A stretch of DNA of 64,000 bases from Eledone cirrhosa. Its lineage: Eukaryota. How positions within the stretch are numbered: position 1 is the stretch's first letter; every line of letters starts with the position of its first letter. The notes below the pieces were generated by a model, which did no database searches, had not been told where the DNA came from, and saw only the letters and a list, made by a program, of their open reading frames with translations. The stretch spans positions 99,820,001-99,884,000 of the forward strand of contig OZ024746.1 of the NCBI GenBank assembly GCA_964016885.1. The letters run 5' to 3'. Shown here piece by piece: positions 52,314-64,000 of this stretch. Position numbers and translations under genes: made by a program.

Positions 52314-53029
52314 AGGGCGGTGAATTGGGAGTATCAGTAGAGGGTCGGACACCATGCTAGGGCGGTGAATTGGCAGTATCAGTAGAGGGTCGGACACCAT
52401 GCTAGGGCGGTGAATTGGCAGTATCAGTAGAGGGTCGGACACCATGCTAGGGCGGTGAATTGGCAGTATCAGTAGAGGGTCGGACACCATGCTAGGGCGG
52501 TGAATTGGGAGTATCAGTAGAGGGTCGGACACCATGCTCGGGCGGTGAATTGGGAGTATCAGTAGAGGGTCGGACACCATGCTCGGGCGGTGAATTGGGA
52601 GTATCAGTAGAGGGTCGGACACCATGCTAGGGCGGTGAATTGGCAGTATCAGTAGAGGGTCGGACACCATGCTAGGGCGGTGAATTGGGAGTATCAGTAG
52701 AGGGTCGGACACCATGCTCGGGCGGTGAATTGGGAGTATCAGTAGAGGGTCGGACACCATGCTCGGGCGGTGAATTGGGAGTATCAGTAGAGGGTCGGAC
52801 ACCATGCTAGGGCGGTGAATTGGGAGTATCAGTAGAGGGTCGGACACCATGCTAGGGCGGTGAATTGGGAGTATCAGTAGAGAGTCGGACACCATGCTCG
52901 GGCGGTGAATTGGGAGTATCAGTAGAGGGTCGGACACTATGCTAGGGCGGTGAATTGGCAGTATCAGTAGAGGGTTGGACACTATGCTAGGGCGGTGAAT
53001 TGGCAGTATCAGTAGAGGGTCGGACATGC
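52314..53029 (+). repeat. Second 45-bp SINE-head tandem array (~16 units), running into a SINE body that ends near 53175
   Basis: Unit agggcggtgaattgg(c/g)agtatcagtagagggtcggacaccatgct. Confidence 0.95.
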
Positions 53030-54944
53030 TTTCCAGCGTAGTTACGTCCCTTTACGATCTTCGTTCAAATCCCGCCGAGGTTAACTTTGCCTTTCATCCT
53101 TACGGGATCAATAAAATAAAGTACCAGTAATGTACTGGGTAATTGCTGGCCTTGTGCCTAAAATAGAAACAATTATATCTTCATACAGCATGTTTACAAT
53201 CTATTATATCCTAATACAAGGGCGGTGGATTGGGAGTATCGGTAGAGGGTCGGACGCCATGCTTTGATGCATAGAGTTACGGCCCTTGCCATTCTGAGTT
53301 CAAATCCAGCCGAGGTTAACTTTGCCTTTCATCCTTACGGGGTCGATAAAATAAAGTACCAGTAATGCACTGGGTAATTGCTGGCCTTGAGCCAAAAGTA
53401 GAAACAATTATATCCTAATACAGCATGTTTACAATCTATTATATCTTAATAGATATCAATAATGTCATAACAACATAGAAGATATAGCCATGTAATTAAT
53501 AAATCAAAAATAATTTGTATCTATCTTTCTATGAGACATTATAGGTGGATTGGCAGTATTGGTAGAGGGTCGGACGCCATGCTTTCCAGCATAGTTATGT
53601 CCCTTTATGATCTGAGTTCAAATCCCGCCGAGGTTGACTTTGCCTTTCATCCTTACGGGGTCGATAAAATAAAGTACCAGTAATGCACTGGGTAATTGCT
53701 GACCTTGTGCCTAAAGTAGAAACAATTATATCATTGCCAAATGACATCTGATGCCTTCTGTAGCAATGATGACTTCTTGGAAAGATCAAAAGTATCTGGT
53801 CATTCACATGCAAATATGGCTGCAACAAAATTACCCCTGGGTTAAATCTGCAGGTAAGATAATGCAGACTAATATATTATACATTACCAAAATTAGTTAT
53901 AATGACACCTATGGGTATTTGAGTCAAGTGATAGTCAAAATTCCACGCATGCTTTGTTCTCTTTTAGACACTGGACAAGAGATTTGGCTCTGGCAGTCAG
54001 CAATAATAGTTGGTATTACCACAGCCCAGTCATGGCACTCAACTTAGTAAATATGCCAGACATCAAGGCAATGCCATTTCTCAAGCTGTATTCTACATTT
54101 CCTCTGTATTACATTTCACTTACAAATTCTATCACATCTAAACACAAATACATCACAACAAAATACTCATTTTCACGTATATAATTATATTTTCTGTGAA
54201 CTCTATGAAATATAATTATTGTTTATACTTTTGGCACAAGGCCAACAATTATCCCAGTGCATTACTGGTACTTTATTTTATCAACCCCGTAAGGATGAAA
54301 GGCAAAGTTAACATCGGCAGGATTTGAACTCAGATCGTAAAGGGCCATAACTTTATGCTGTACTGCCAATTCACTGCCATTTAAATTATATAAAATATGA
54401 TAATGGGGTATGGTTTTTACTGAGTCAATGAGGAAAACTCTCCATGGTCCCTTGTCCTGTTAGAAATAACAACTAAATATATCTCATATTACACCCTACC
54501 ATCTTAAATAAAGGATATATTAGACAATATAGTTTTTGATAGTCAAAAATACAGGTTTATCATGACTGCAACATGTTTAATCATAGGCATTTTTTTTTTC
54601 ATAAGAGTTGAACAGCAATGACATCTTATGAAAGAAGATTGGTGACTTTCAAAAGGAAGTATGTATCTAGGCAATAACTTTTAATGTAAAGTAAACAATA
54701 AATTGACCACCCTTTAAATACAAATAGAAAACATATTGTTTAGAATTTAAGGAATCTTTGAAAGTAAATTCATTACAATAAAGTATGGTCTCGAAGCACA
54801 AAATCAAATAATTTAACAGTATACCATTAAAAATCACACTAAAATAAACTTTTACATTAATTTATGGTTAAAGCCACATTCATCACCAATTTCAATTATT
54901 GAATTATACTACAGAACAGAGTCATACCAAATGACTGACATAGC

Positions 54945-56662
54945 AGCATCAACATTAACTGCTACAAGGGTAAAGGAGATACACTAGATAGAGGAAACTA
55001 TAGAGGCATTAAATTAATTGACCAGGTCATGAAGGTCACAGAAAAAGTTATAGCGCAACTAATCAGAGAACAAATTGATCTAAACGAAATGCAGTTTGGG
55101 TTTGTGTCAGGTAAAAGTACCACAGACGCCCTTTTCCTTGTACAACAACTAAAGGAGAAGTACCTAGCTAAAAGTAAACCCCTATACTTAGCTTTTGTTG
55201 ACTTGGAGAAAGCATTTGAAAGAGTCCCCTGCACCATTATCTGGTCAGCCCTTAGAAAACTAGGGGTTGATGAATGGCTTGTGAGAGCTATACAAGCCAT
55301 GTATAAAGAAACAGTCAGCAAGGTTAGAATTAACAACGAATATAGTGAAGAATTTAGCGTAAAAGTTGGTGTTCATCAGGGCTCTGTCCTTAGCCCCCTC
55401 CTATTTATTATTGCCCTTCAGGCTATAAAAGAGGAGTTCAAGACCGGCTGCCCATGGGAACTTCTCTATGCAGATGATCTAATGCTCATAGCTGAAGCAA
55501 TGGTTGAACTAGAGAAGAAATTCCAAACATGGAAGCATGGCCTAGAATCAAGAGGCCTTAAAGTTAACTTGTCTAAGACTAAAGTTCTAGTTTGAAGGAA
55601 GGAAAATAGGGCACATGTCCCCTCTGGGAAATGGCCATGCTCAGTGTGTAGGAAAGGAGTAGGTAGAAATTCCATTTTATGTCCCAAATGCAAAGTATGG
55701 ATGCATATAAGATGTAGTGGGATCACAGTTAAGCTATCTAAGAACGTAGATTTTATATGTGGCCGATGCTCTGAAAATACTGTAGCCAGAGTCAGAACGG
55801 GATGGAAAAAGTTCAGAGAGCTTATACCACTATTGGCCGCTAAAGATTTCTCTCTAAAAATGAAAGGCAGGCTGTATGATGCCTGCATACGAACAGCAAT
55901 GTTACATGGCAGTGAGACATGGGCATTGTGTGCATAGGAACACAGCATGCATACTCCGCTGGATGTGTAATAGTAATATACGTGAACAGCAACGCATAAA
56001 TGAACTAAATGAGAAATTAGGTATAAGAGGGATCAGATGCTGTTTTCTTGAGAGAAGACTACGTTGGTATGGCCACGTGATGCGCATGAAAGATGACAGC
56101 TGTATAAAAAAGTGCAGAGAGTTCAAAATTGACTGAAGTTACAGAGTAGGTAGATTTAGAAAAACCTGGGATGATTTGATAAATTCCGACCTTACACAGT
56201 TACACCTCTAAGGCAATGTCACTGGACCAAGATCTTTGCCGCTACGTAGTAATACAGAAGACCCGTGTTGCCTAAGTACAAAGCAAAACCTACAGTCAGT
56301 AGGCACCTCTTAATCAAGTATACACCCCCATCCCACTACCCCACCCTCACCCCCATCAACACCACCCCTTTCTCTGTAAAGTTATGTTGGTACCACAACA
56401 TCCAGTCCTAAATAAATGAGGTCATGTAGGTGTCACGACAAAAAAAAACACACAGTCCACGCTGTAATGTGGCTGTGTAGGTAACACTGTAAAAACTCCC
56501 AGTCCACACTGTTAACGTGGTTGGTATTAGGAAGGGCATCCAGCCGTAGAAAACCTGCAAAACAGTCCCATATGAGTGAGATGACCAATCTTGCCTCAAA
56601 TGGGACAATTCTCGTCTAAACCCATGCTAGCGTGGAATATAGACATTAAACGATGATGATGA
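54945..56662 (+). mobile_element. Degraded second copy of the same RTE family, with 3' UTR and (GAT)n tail
   Basis: Closely similar to 36290-37740, with stops and internal deletions; ends ...cattaaacgatgatgatgat. Confidence 0.9.
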
Positions 56663-56665
56663 TTA

Positions 56666-57002
56666 CTAGATGGGGGTGACATCTTCTCCTTCACTCTATC
56701 ACACACACACAGTCTCTCTCTCTCTCTATCACACACACACAGTCTCTCTCTAAACAAATGACCTTCCTGTTCTCTCTCTATGTACATCTCTTTCACTTAG
56801 CACTCCCCCCTCTCTCTATATAGATGGTGGTGAAGTCATAACTTACTGTATATTACCTGCTGTCACCTCAAAAACACACATCATCCCCTTTCTCTCCCTA
56901 TGTACATATCTCTTGCTTGGTTCTCCCCCTGTCTACATGAAGTGGATGTAACAGACAGATGGGCGGATGGACAGAGAGACAGTGCACTTATTATTATATA
57001 GA
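56666..57002 (-). mobile_element. Non-autonomous Helitron-like element, second copy
   Basis: Minus strand A|TCTATATAATAATAAG...CCCCATCTAG|T; same ends as 19284-19662. Confidence 0.65.
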
Positions 57003-57089
57003 TTATACCCAATATGATTTCTCCCAGTCAGAACATAATATGAATGATATGTATTATTAGATAGTTAAAACCAAAAAAAACATACTTAC

Positions 57090-57420
57090 TTAGATCCATA
57101 GTCTTGGAATGTTAAAAGATATCCTATAAGCAATGTAAGGAGAATTTTCCAAATGTATGCTATCACGCTTTCAAAAGAATTCCTTTTGTTCAGTTTAACT
57201 TTGATATTAATTAGAATGTCGTTTAATTCATTCGAAAAATTACATTTATCAAAGAAGTTTTCCCAGGAATTCACGGAAACCAAAAGGATGCAGATAAAAG
57301 CTTCTACTTTTCGGAATAAAGATAATTCATCAGTGAAAGCAAGCAAGACTACTAAAGCAGCCACATGACAGATGAATATGGATAAATCTTTAAATTTCAA
57401 TAAAGCTTGTTTCCTTGTTG
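57090..57420 (-). CDS. chs: Chitin synthase, first coding exon identified in the window (N-terminal transmembrane region)
   Basis: tttcag|CA acceptor and AA|gtaagt donor. Hydrophobic peptide with LVSVNSWENF, matching the chitin synthase 'S..WWENF' N-terminal motif. Phase 2 end joins the next exon in frame. Confidence 0.85.
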
Positions 57421-57583
57421 CTGAAAGAAACAAAAATAAGAAATTGAAAAGCTTTACTGTCAGTTTACACAAAACAATGTTATTAAAATGCTACATTTAG
57501 TAAATTTATATCAAAGTTTCTATGGAAAGAGTATAATTAATGAAAATATTAAATGAAATAAAAGATATATATATATATATAAA

Positions 57584-60110
57584 GTTATATTTGGGGAGTT
57601 CATGTTGTTATAATATTGCCAGAAATATATAGTAAAACACACTCACTGTTTGGTTTTCGCTTCAGTATATTTCATATCCTTATAATTAATTTAGCTAGCA
57701 ATTAATGTTTATCACCGAAATAAAAGATAAAATATTTGTATTCAATTGACAGATAAAATATAAATACATCCTCATCATCGTTTTAATGTTAGCTTTCCTT
57801 GCTAGCAAGGTTTGGACGGGTCTACAGAGAACAAGTCATTACTGAAGTGGAGCCACTAATCTCCCAGTCAACCCAGGAATCTGTGTCTCGTTTTATGTAT
57901 GGTCGGCGCTCTATCAGGTGCACAGGGGAGGTTATCATGACTTTGACACAACTGAGGGTTTTTCCAAGACTTTTGTTTTGCAAGATTTCACTGGCTAGAT
58001 GTCCTTCCTATCACCAACCACTTTCCAGTGTGTTCTGGGTTCATTTATCATGTAGACCAGCAGTCGCCAACCTTTCCTACATCACAGACCACTAAATTCA
58101 TAATTTTAAATCCCGCGGACAACTAATACGAATTAATGGTCCATGGTCGAAACAATACTGAAGCGTACGTGTGTGATATTGTTATAGATGATACATATGT
58201 GTGTGATATTGTCATATATGATACATATGTGTGTGGTATTGTCATAGATGATACATATGTGTGCGATATTGTCATAGACGATACATACGTGTGTTATATT
58301 GTCATATATGATACATGTGTGTGATATTGTCATATATGATACATATGTGTGTGATATTGTCTATATATGATACATATGTGTGTGATATTGTCATATATGA
58401 TACATATGTGTGTGATATTGTCATATATGATACATATGTGTGTAATATTGTCATATATGATACATATGTGTGTGATATTGTCATATATGATACATATGTG
58501 TGTAATATTGTCATATATGATACATATGTGTGTGATATTGTCATATATGATACATATGTGTGTGATATTGTCTATATATGATACATATGTGTGTGATATT
58601 GTCATAGATGATACATATGTGTGTGATATTGACATATATGATACATATGTGTGTGATATTGTCATATATGATACATATGTGTGTAATATTGTCATATATG
58701 ATACATATGTGTGTAATATTGTCATATATGATACATATGTGTGTGATATTGACATATATGATACATATGTGTGTGATATTGTCATATATGATACATATGT
58801 GTGTAATATTGTCATATATGATACATATGTGTGTAATATTGTCATATATGATACATATGTGTGTGATATTGTCATATATGATACATATGTGTGTGATATT
58901 GTCATATATGATACATATGTGTGTGATATTGTCATATATGATACATATGTGTGTGATATTGTCATATATGATACATATGTGTGTAATATTGTCATATATG
59001 ATACATATGTGTGTAATATTGTCATATATGATACATATGTGTGTAATATTGTCATATATGATACATATGTGTGTAATATTGTCATATATGATACATATGT
59101 GTGTAATATTGTCATATATGATACATATGTGTGTAATATTGTCATATATGATACATATGTGTGTGATATTGTCATATATGATACATATGTGTGTAATATT
59201 GTCATATATGATACATATGTGTGTAATATTGTCATATATGATACATATGTGTGTAATATTGTCATAGATGATATAAATGTGTAAAATTCTTTCATGGATG
59301 TTAGTTCTTTACTGAGGAGAAACAATTTTTAGGGGTGTTATAAAATATATTTTAACCAAATAATATTTTTGTTTTATTATTAACTGGATTGGCCATATCG
59401 GTGGAGGGTCAGACACCATGCCTTGCAGCATAGAGTTACAGCTCTTTACAGTCTCAGTTCAAATCCCGCCGAGGTTAACTTTGCCTTTCATCCTTATGGA
59501 GTTGATAAAATAAAGTACCAGTAATGCACTGGGATAATTGCTGGCCTTGTGCCAAAAGTAGAAACATAAAAATTGCAAATAATGTCCATATTTTTCTCTG
59601 GACCACCAAAATTTTCTCTCGGACCACCAATGGTCTGTTGACCAATGATTGGTGTCCTACACTTGGCAGGCTGTCATGTCCTTCATATGGCTGATGGTCC
59701 TCTCAATCCTTTGTCTGGCAACTTTCAAACTGATTGTCAGCCTTCTGCTATTTTTCAGTGTTTCATGAATGATTTTTAATCATAATTATGCATAATTATG
59801 ATCAAACTAGAGAAAAATATCTCATGTTGATGCACATCAACTGGCGGAGTTTAGCATCTAACGATGAAGAGGGAAAGTCATAATATCACTGATAATGTCA
59901 CAGGTGTGTGACAAAAGAACTCTGAGAGACTATATTTATATCTATATTTTTAACTGTTGGTCAATCAATGATAAACATTGATTGCCAGCTGAATTAATTG
60001 TAGAAATATAAAATATACTGAAGCGGAAACTCACCCAAACCAAACAGCGAGTGTGTTTTACTATATATTTCTGGCAATATTATAACAACATGACTCTCCC
60101 CAAATATAAC
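57584..60110. mobile_element. ~130-bp inverted repeats (57584-57714 and 59969-60110) enclosing 2.3 kb; probable long-TIR DNA transposon remnant
   Basis: gttatatttggggagttcatgttgttataatattgccagaaatatatagtaaaacacactc... is reverse-complemented at the right end. No clear TSD. Confidence 0.6.
58168..59282. repeat. 30-bp minisatellite, about 37 copies
   Basis: Unit gtgt(g/a)atattgtcatatatgatacatatgt. Confidence 0.97.
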
Positions 60111-60912
60111 AATATTTAACTTAATGGTTTAGGCGAGTAAGTATTAAATCACAAGATTAATCCTTTAGTATTTACATTACTCTATATATACTATAATATT
60201 TTCATGGTAAAGGCTTTACCTCACATAATATCGAATCTATGAGATTTTGAAAGTATTTATTTTGAGAACAATACCTTAACATCAGTTTGAGCGACCAGTT
60301 ACAGCCAGTTTCAACAGAAAGAGGTACAGAATTCTGGCCGATTTTGGCCGGTTTGAACATTAAAGGGTTAAACTAAAAAGTAATGTAATTTTTTTTCATA
60401 GGAGGTGCATTTCTCAATGAAATTATTCAAAATTTGGTACAGAGGTAAAACTATATAATTCTTGATCTTTAGTTATCTAATTTTGTTTATTTCAGTTACT
60501 AGAATGTTTTTCCATACACTGACACGTCGTGCAAAACACAGACATACTTACAAAAATATACACTCACAGACATACACATACACTCACATACAGCATAGTT
60601 TTTCACCATCCCCTTCCTTCCTTTTGCACACATATACGTTCAAGCAGCCAGTAGATATAAATAGAGAGGAATAGTATGAGGTAGTCAAACTACTCATCTC
60701 TCTTTCCCTGTTGTGACAGAATCATAGAAATTTATATATAGATATAAATAAATGAGCTGATTTTAAAATGGCATCATCCAACATCTTCAAAGACAGACAA
60801 GATGAGGGCAGAAAATTCTGCTGGAAAAATCATCCCAATTGTTTTGGGGGGATGCTCAAGGTGTTATTCTTGACAATTTCTTGCTAAGAGGAGAAACAGT
60901 CAACTCTGAAAC

Positions 60913-63900
60913 TCTCAATTGTAGGTGGGGCACTGCCATTGAATGAGGTAGTCACTGTGTTGAGATACAGGTCCTCAACTGTAGGTGGGGCACTGCCATT
61001 GAATAAGGTAGTCACTATATTGAGATACAGGTCCTCAACTGTAGGTGGGGCACTGCCATTGAATAAGGTAGTCACTATATTGAGATACAGGTCCTCAACT
61101 GTAGGTGGGGCACTGACATTGAATGAGGTAGTCACTGTGTTGAGATACAGGTCCTCAATCGTAGGTGGGGAACTGCCATTGAATGAGGTAGTCACTGTGT
61201 TGAGATACAGGTCCTCAACTGTAGGTGGGGCACTGCCATTGAATGATGTAGTCACTGTGTTGAGATACAGGTCCTCAACTGTAGGTGGGGCACTGCCATT
61301 GAATGAGGTAGTCACTGTGTTGAGATACAGGTCCTCAACTGTAGGTGGGGCACTGATATTGAATGAGGTAGTCACTGTGTTGAGATACAGGTCCTCAACT
61401 GTAGGTGGGGCACTGACATTGAATGAGGTAGTCACTGTGTTGAGATACAGGTCCTCAATTGTAGGTGGGGAACTGCCATTGAATGAGGTAGTCACTGTGT
61501 TGAGATACAGGTCCTCAACTGTAGGTGGGGCACTGCCATTGAATGATGTAGTCACTGTGTTGAGATACAGGTCCTCAACTGTAGGTGGGGCACTGACATT
61601 GAATGAGGTAGTCACTGTGTTGAGATACAGGTCCTCAATTGTAGGTGGGGAACTGCCATTGAATGAGGTAGTCACTGTGTTGAGATACAGGTCCTCAACT
61701 GTAGGTGGGGCACTGCCATTGAATGATGTAGTCACTGTGTTGAGATACAGGTCCTCAACTGTAGGTGGGGCACTGCCATTGAATGAGGTAGTCACTGTGT
61801 TGAGATACAGGTCCTCAACTGTAGGTGGGGAACTGCCATTGAATGAGGTAGTCACTGTGTTGAGATACAGGTCCTCAACTGTAGGTGGGGAACTACCATT
61901 GAATGAGGTAGTCACTGTGTTGAGATACAGGTCCTCAACTGTAGGTGGGGAACTGCCATTGAATGAGGTAGTAACTGTGTTGAGATACAGGTCCTCAACT
62001 GTAGGTGGGGAACTGCCATTGAATGAGGTAGTCACTGTGTTGAGATACAGGTCCTCAACTGTAGGTGGGGAACTGCCATTGAATGAGGTAGTCACTGTGT
62101 TGAGATACAGGTCCTCAACTGTAGGTGGGGAACTGCCATTGAATGAGGTAGTCACTGTGTTGAGATACAGGTCCTCAACTGTAGGTGGGGAACTGCCATT
62201 GAATGAGGTAGTCACTGTGTTGAGATACAGGTCCTCAACTGTAGGTGGGGAACTGCCATTGAATGAGGTAGTCACTGTGTTGAGATACAGGTCCTCAACT
62301 GTAGGTGGGGCACTGCCATTGAATGAGGTAGTCACTGTGTTGAGATACAGGTCCTCAACTGTAGGTGGGGCACTGCCATTGAATGAGGTAGTCACTGTGT
62401 TGAGATACAGGTCCTCAACTGTAGGTGGGGCACTGCCATTGAATGAGGTAGTCACTGTGTTGAGATACAGGTCCTCAACTGTAGGTGGGGCACTGCCATT
62501 GAATGAGGTAGTCACTGTGTTGAGATACAGGTCCTCAACTGTAGGTGGGGCACTGCCATTGAATGAGGTAGTCACTGTGTTGAGATACAGGTCCTCAACT
62601 GTAGGTGGGGCACTGCCATTGAATGAGGTAGTCACTATATTGAGATACAGGTCCTCAACTGTAGGTGGGGCACTGCCATTGAATGAGGTAGTCACTGTGT
62701 TGAGATACAAGTCCTCAACTGTAGGTGGGGCACTGCCATTGAATGATGTAGTCACTGTGTTGAGATACAGGTCCTCAACTGTAGGTGGGGAACTGCCATT
62801 GAATGAGGTAGTCACTGTGTTGAGATACAGGTCCTCAACTGTAGGTGGGGCACTGATATTGAATGAGGTAGTCACTGTGTTGAGATACAGGTCCTCAACT
62901 GTAGGTGGGGCACTGACTTTGAATGAGGTAGTCACTGTGTTGAGATACAGGTCCTCAACTGTAGGTGGGGAACTGCCTTTGAATGATGTAGTCACTGTGT
63001 TGAGATACAGGTCCTCAACTGTAGGTGGGGCACTGCTATTGAATGAGGTAGTCACTATATTGAGATACAGGTCCTCAACTGTAGGTGGGGCCCTGCCATT
63101 GAATGAGGTAGTCACTGTGTTGAGATATAGGTCCTCAATTGTAGGTGGGGCACTGACATTGAATGAGGTAGTCACTATATTGAGATACAGGTCCTCAACT
63201 GTAGGTGGGGCCCTGCCATTGAATGAGGTAGTCACTGTGTTGAGATACAGGTCCTCAACTGTAGGTGGGGCACTGCCATTGAATGAGGTAGTCACTATAT
63301 TGAGATACAGGTCCTCAATTGTAGGTGGGGCACTGACATTGAATGAGGTAGTCACTATATTGAGATACAGGTCCTCAACTGTAGGTGGGGCACTGCCATT
63401 GAATGAGGTAGTCACTATATTGACATACAGGTCCTCAACTGTAGGTGGGGCACTGCCATTGAATGAGGTAGTCCCTGTGTTGAGTTACAGGTCCTCAACT
63501 GTAGGTGGGGCACTGCCATTGAATGAGGTAGTCACTATATTGAGATACAGGTCCTCAACTGTAGGTGGGGCACTGCCATTGAATGAGGTAGTCACTATAT
63601 TGAGATACAGGTCCTCAACTGTAGGTGGGGCACTGCCATTGAATGAGGTAGTCACTGTGTTGAGATACAGGTCCTCAATTGTAGGTGGGGCACTGCCATT
63701 GAATGAGGTAGTCACTATATTGAGATACAGGTCCTCAATTGTAGGTGGGGCACTGCCATTGAATGAGGTAGTCACTATATTTAGATACAGGTCCTCAACT
63801 GTAGGTGGGGCAGTGCCATTGAATGAGGTAGTCACTGTGTTGAGTTACAGGTCCTCAACTGTAGGTGGGGCACTGCCATTGAATGAGGTAGTCACTGTGT

Positions 63901-64000
63901 TGAGATACAGGTCCTCAACTGTAGGTGGGGCACTGCCATTGAATGAGGTAGTCACTATATTGAGATACAGGTCCTCAACTGTAGGTGGGGAACTGCCATT
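60913..64000. repeat. 60-bp minisatellite, more than 50 copies, continuing past the window end
   Basis: Unit tgagatacaggtcctcaactgtaggtggggcactgccattgaatgaggtagtcactgtgt. Confidence 0.97.

Noticed and set aside
58133-59325. Several long repetitive ORFs on both strands
   Set aside because: Artefacts of a 30-bp satellite whose period is a multiple of 3.

Overview
AT-rich, microsatellite-rich metazoan genomic DNA; the repeat content suggests an octopus/cephalopod (inference). The window is mostly introns of one minus-strand chitin synthase gene. I traced 11 coding exons by hand from 57420 to the stop at 4956, all GT-AG and phase-consistent (3554 bp, about 1180 codons). The 5' exons are not identified and probably lie beyond the window. 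The introns hold about 20 copies of a tRNA-derived SINE; RTE, CR1, L1/Tx1 and RLE-type LINE fragments; a full-length decayed Gypsy element (both LTRs, 5-bp TSD); small DNA transposons; Helitron-like elements; and 20-, 30-, 35-, 45- and 60-bp tandem arrays. The most notable observation is two inverted copies of a minimal type I hammerhead ribozyme (palindromic helix III, Penelope-like type) inside ~260-bp inverted repeats that bracket the Gypsy insertion, plus a degenerate third hammerhead next to a 200-bp foldback. Also notable are two independent tandem amplifications of the same 45-bp SINE head and an RTE reverse transcriptase with an embedded PHD-like finger. Exon, LTR and ribozyme coordinates were counted by hand; most repeat boundaries are approximate.
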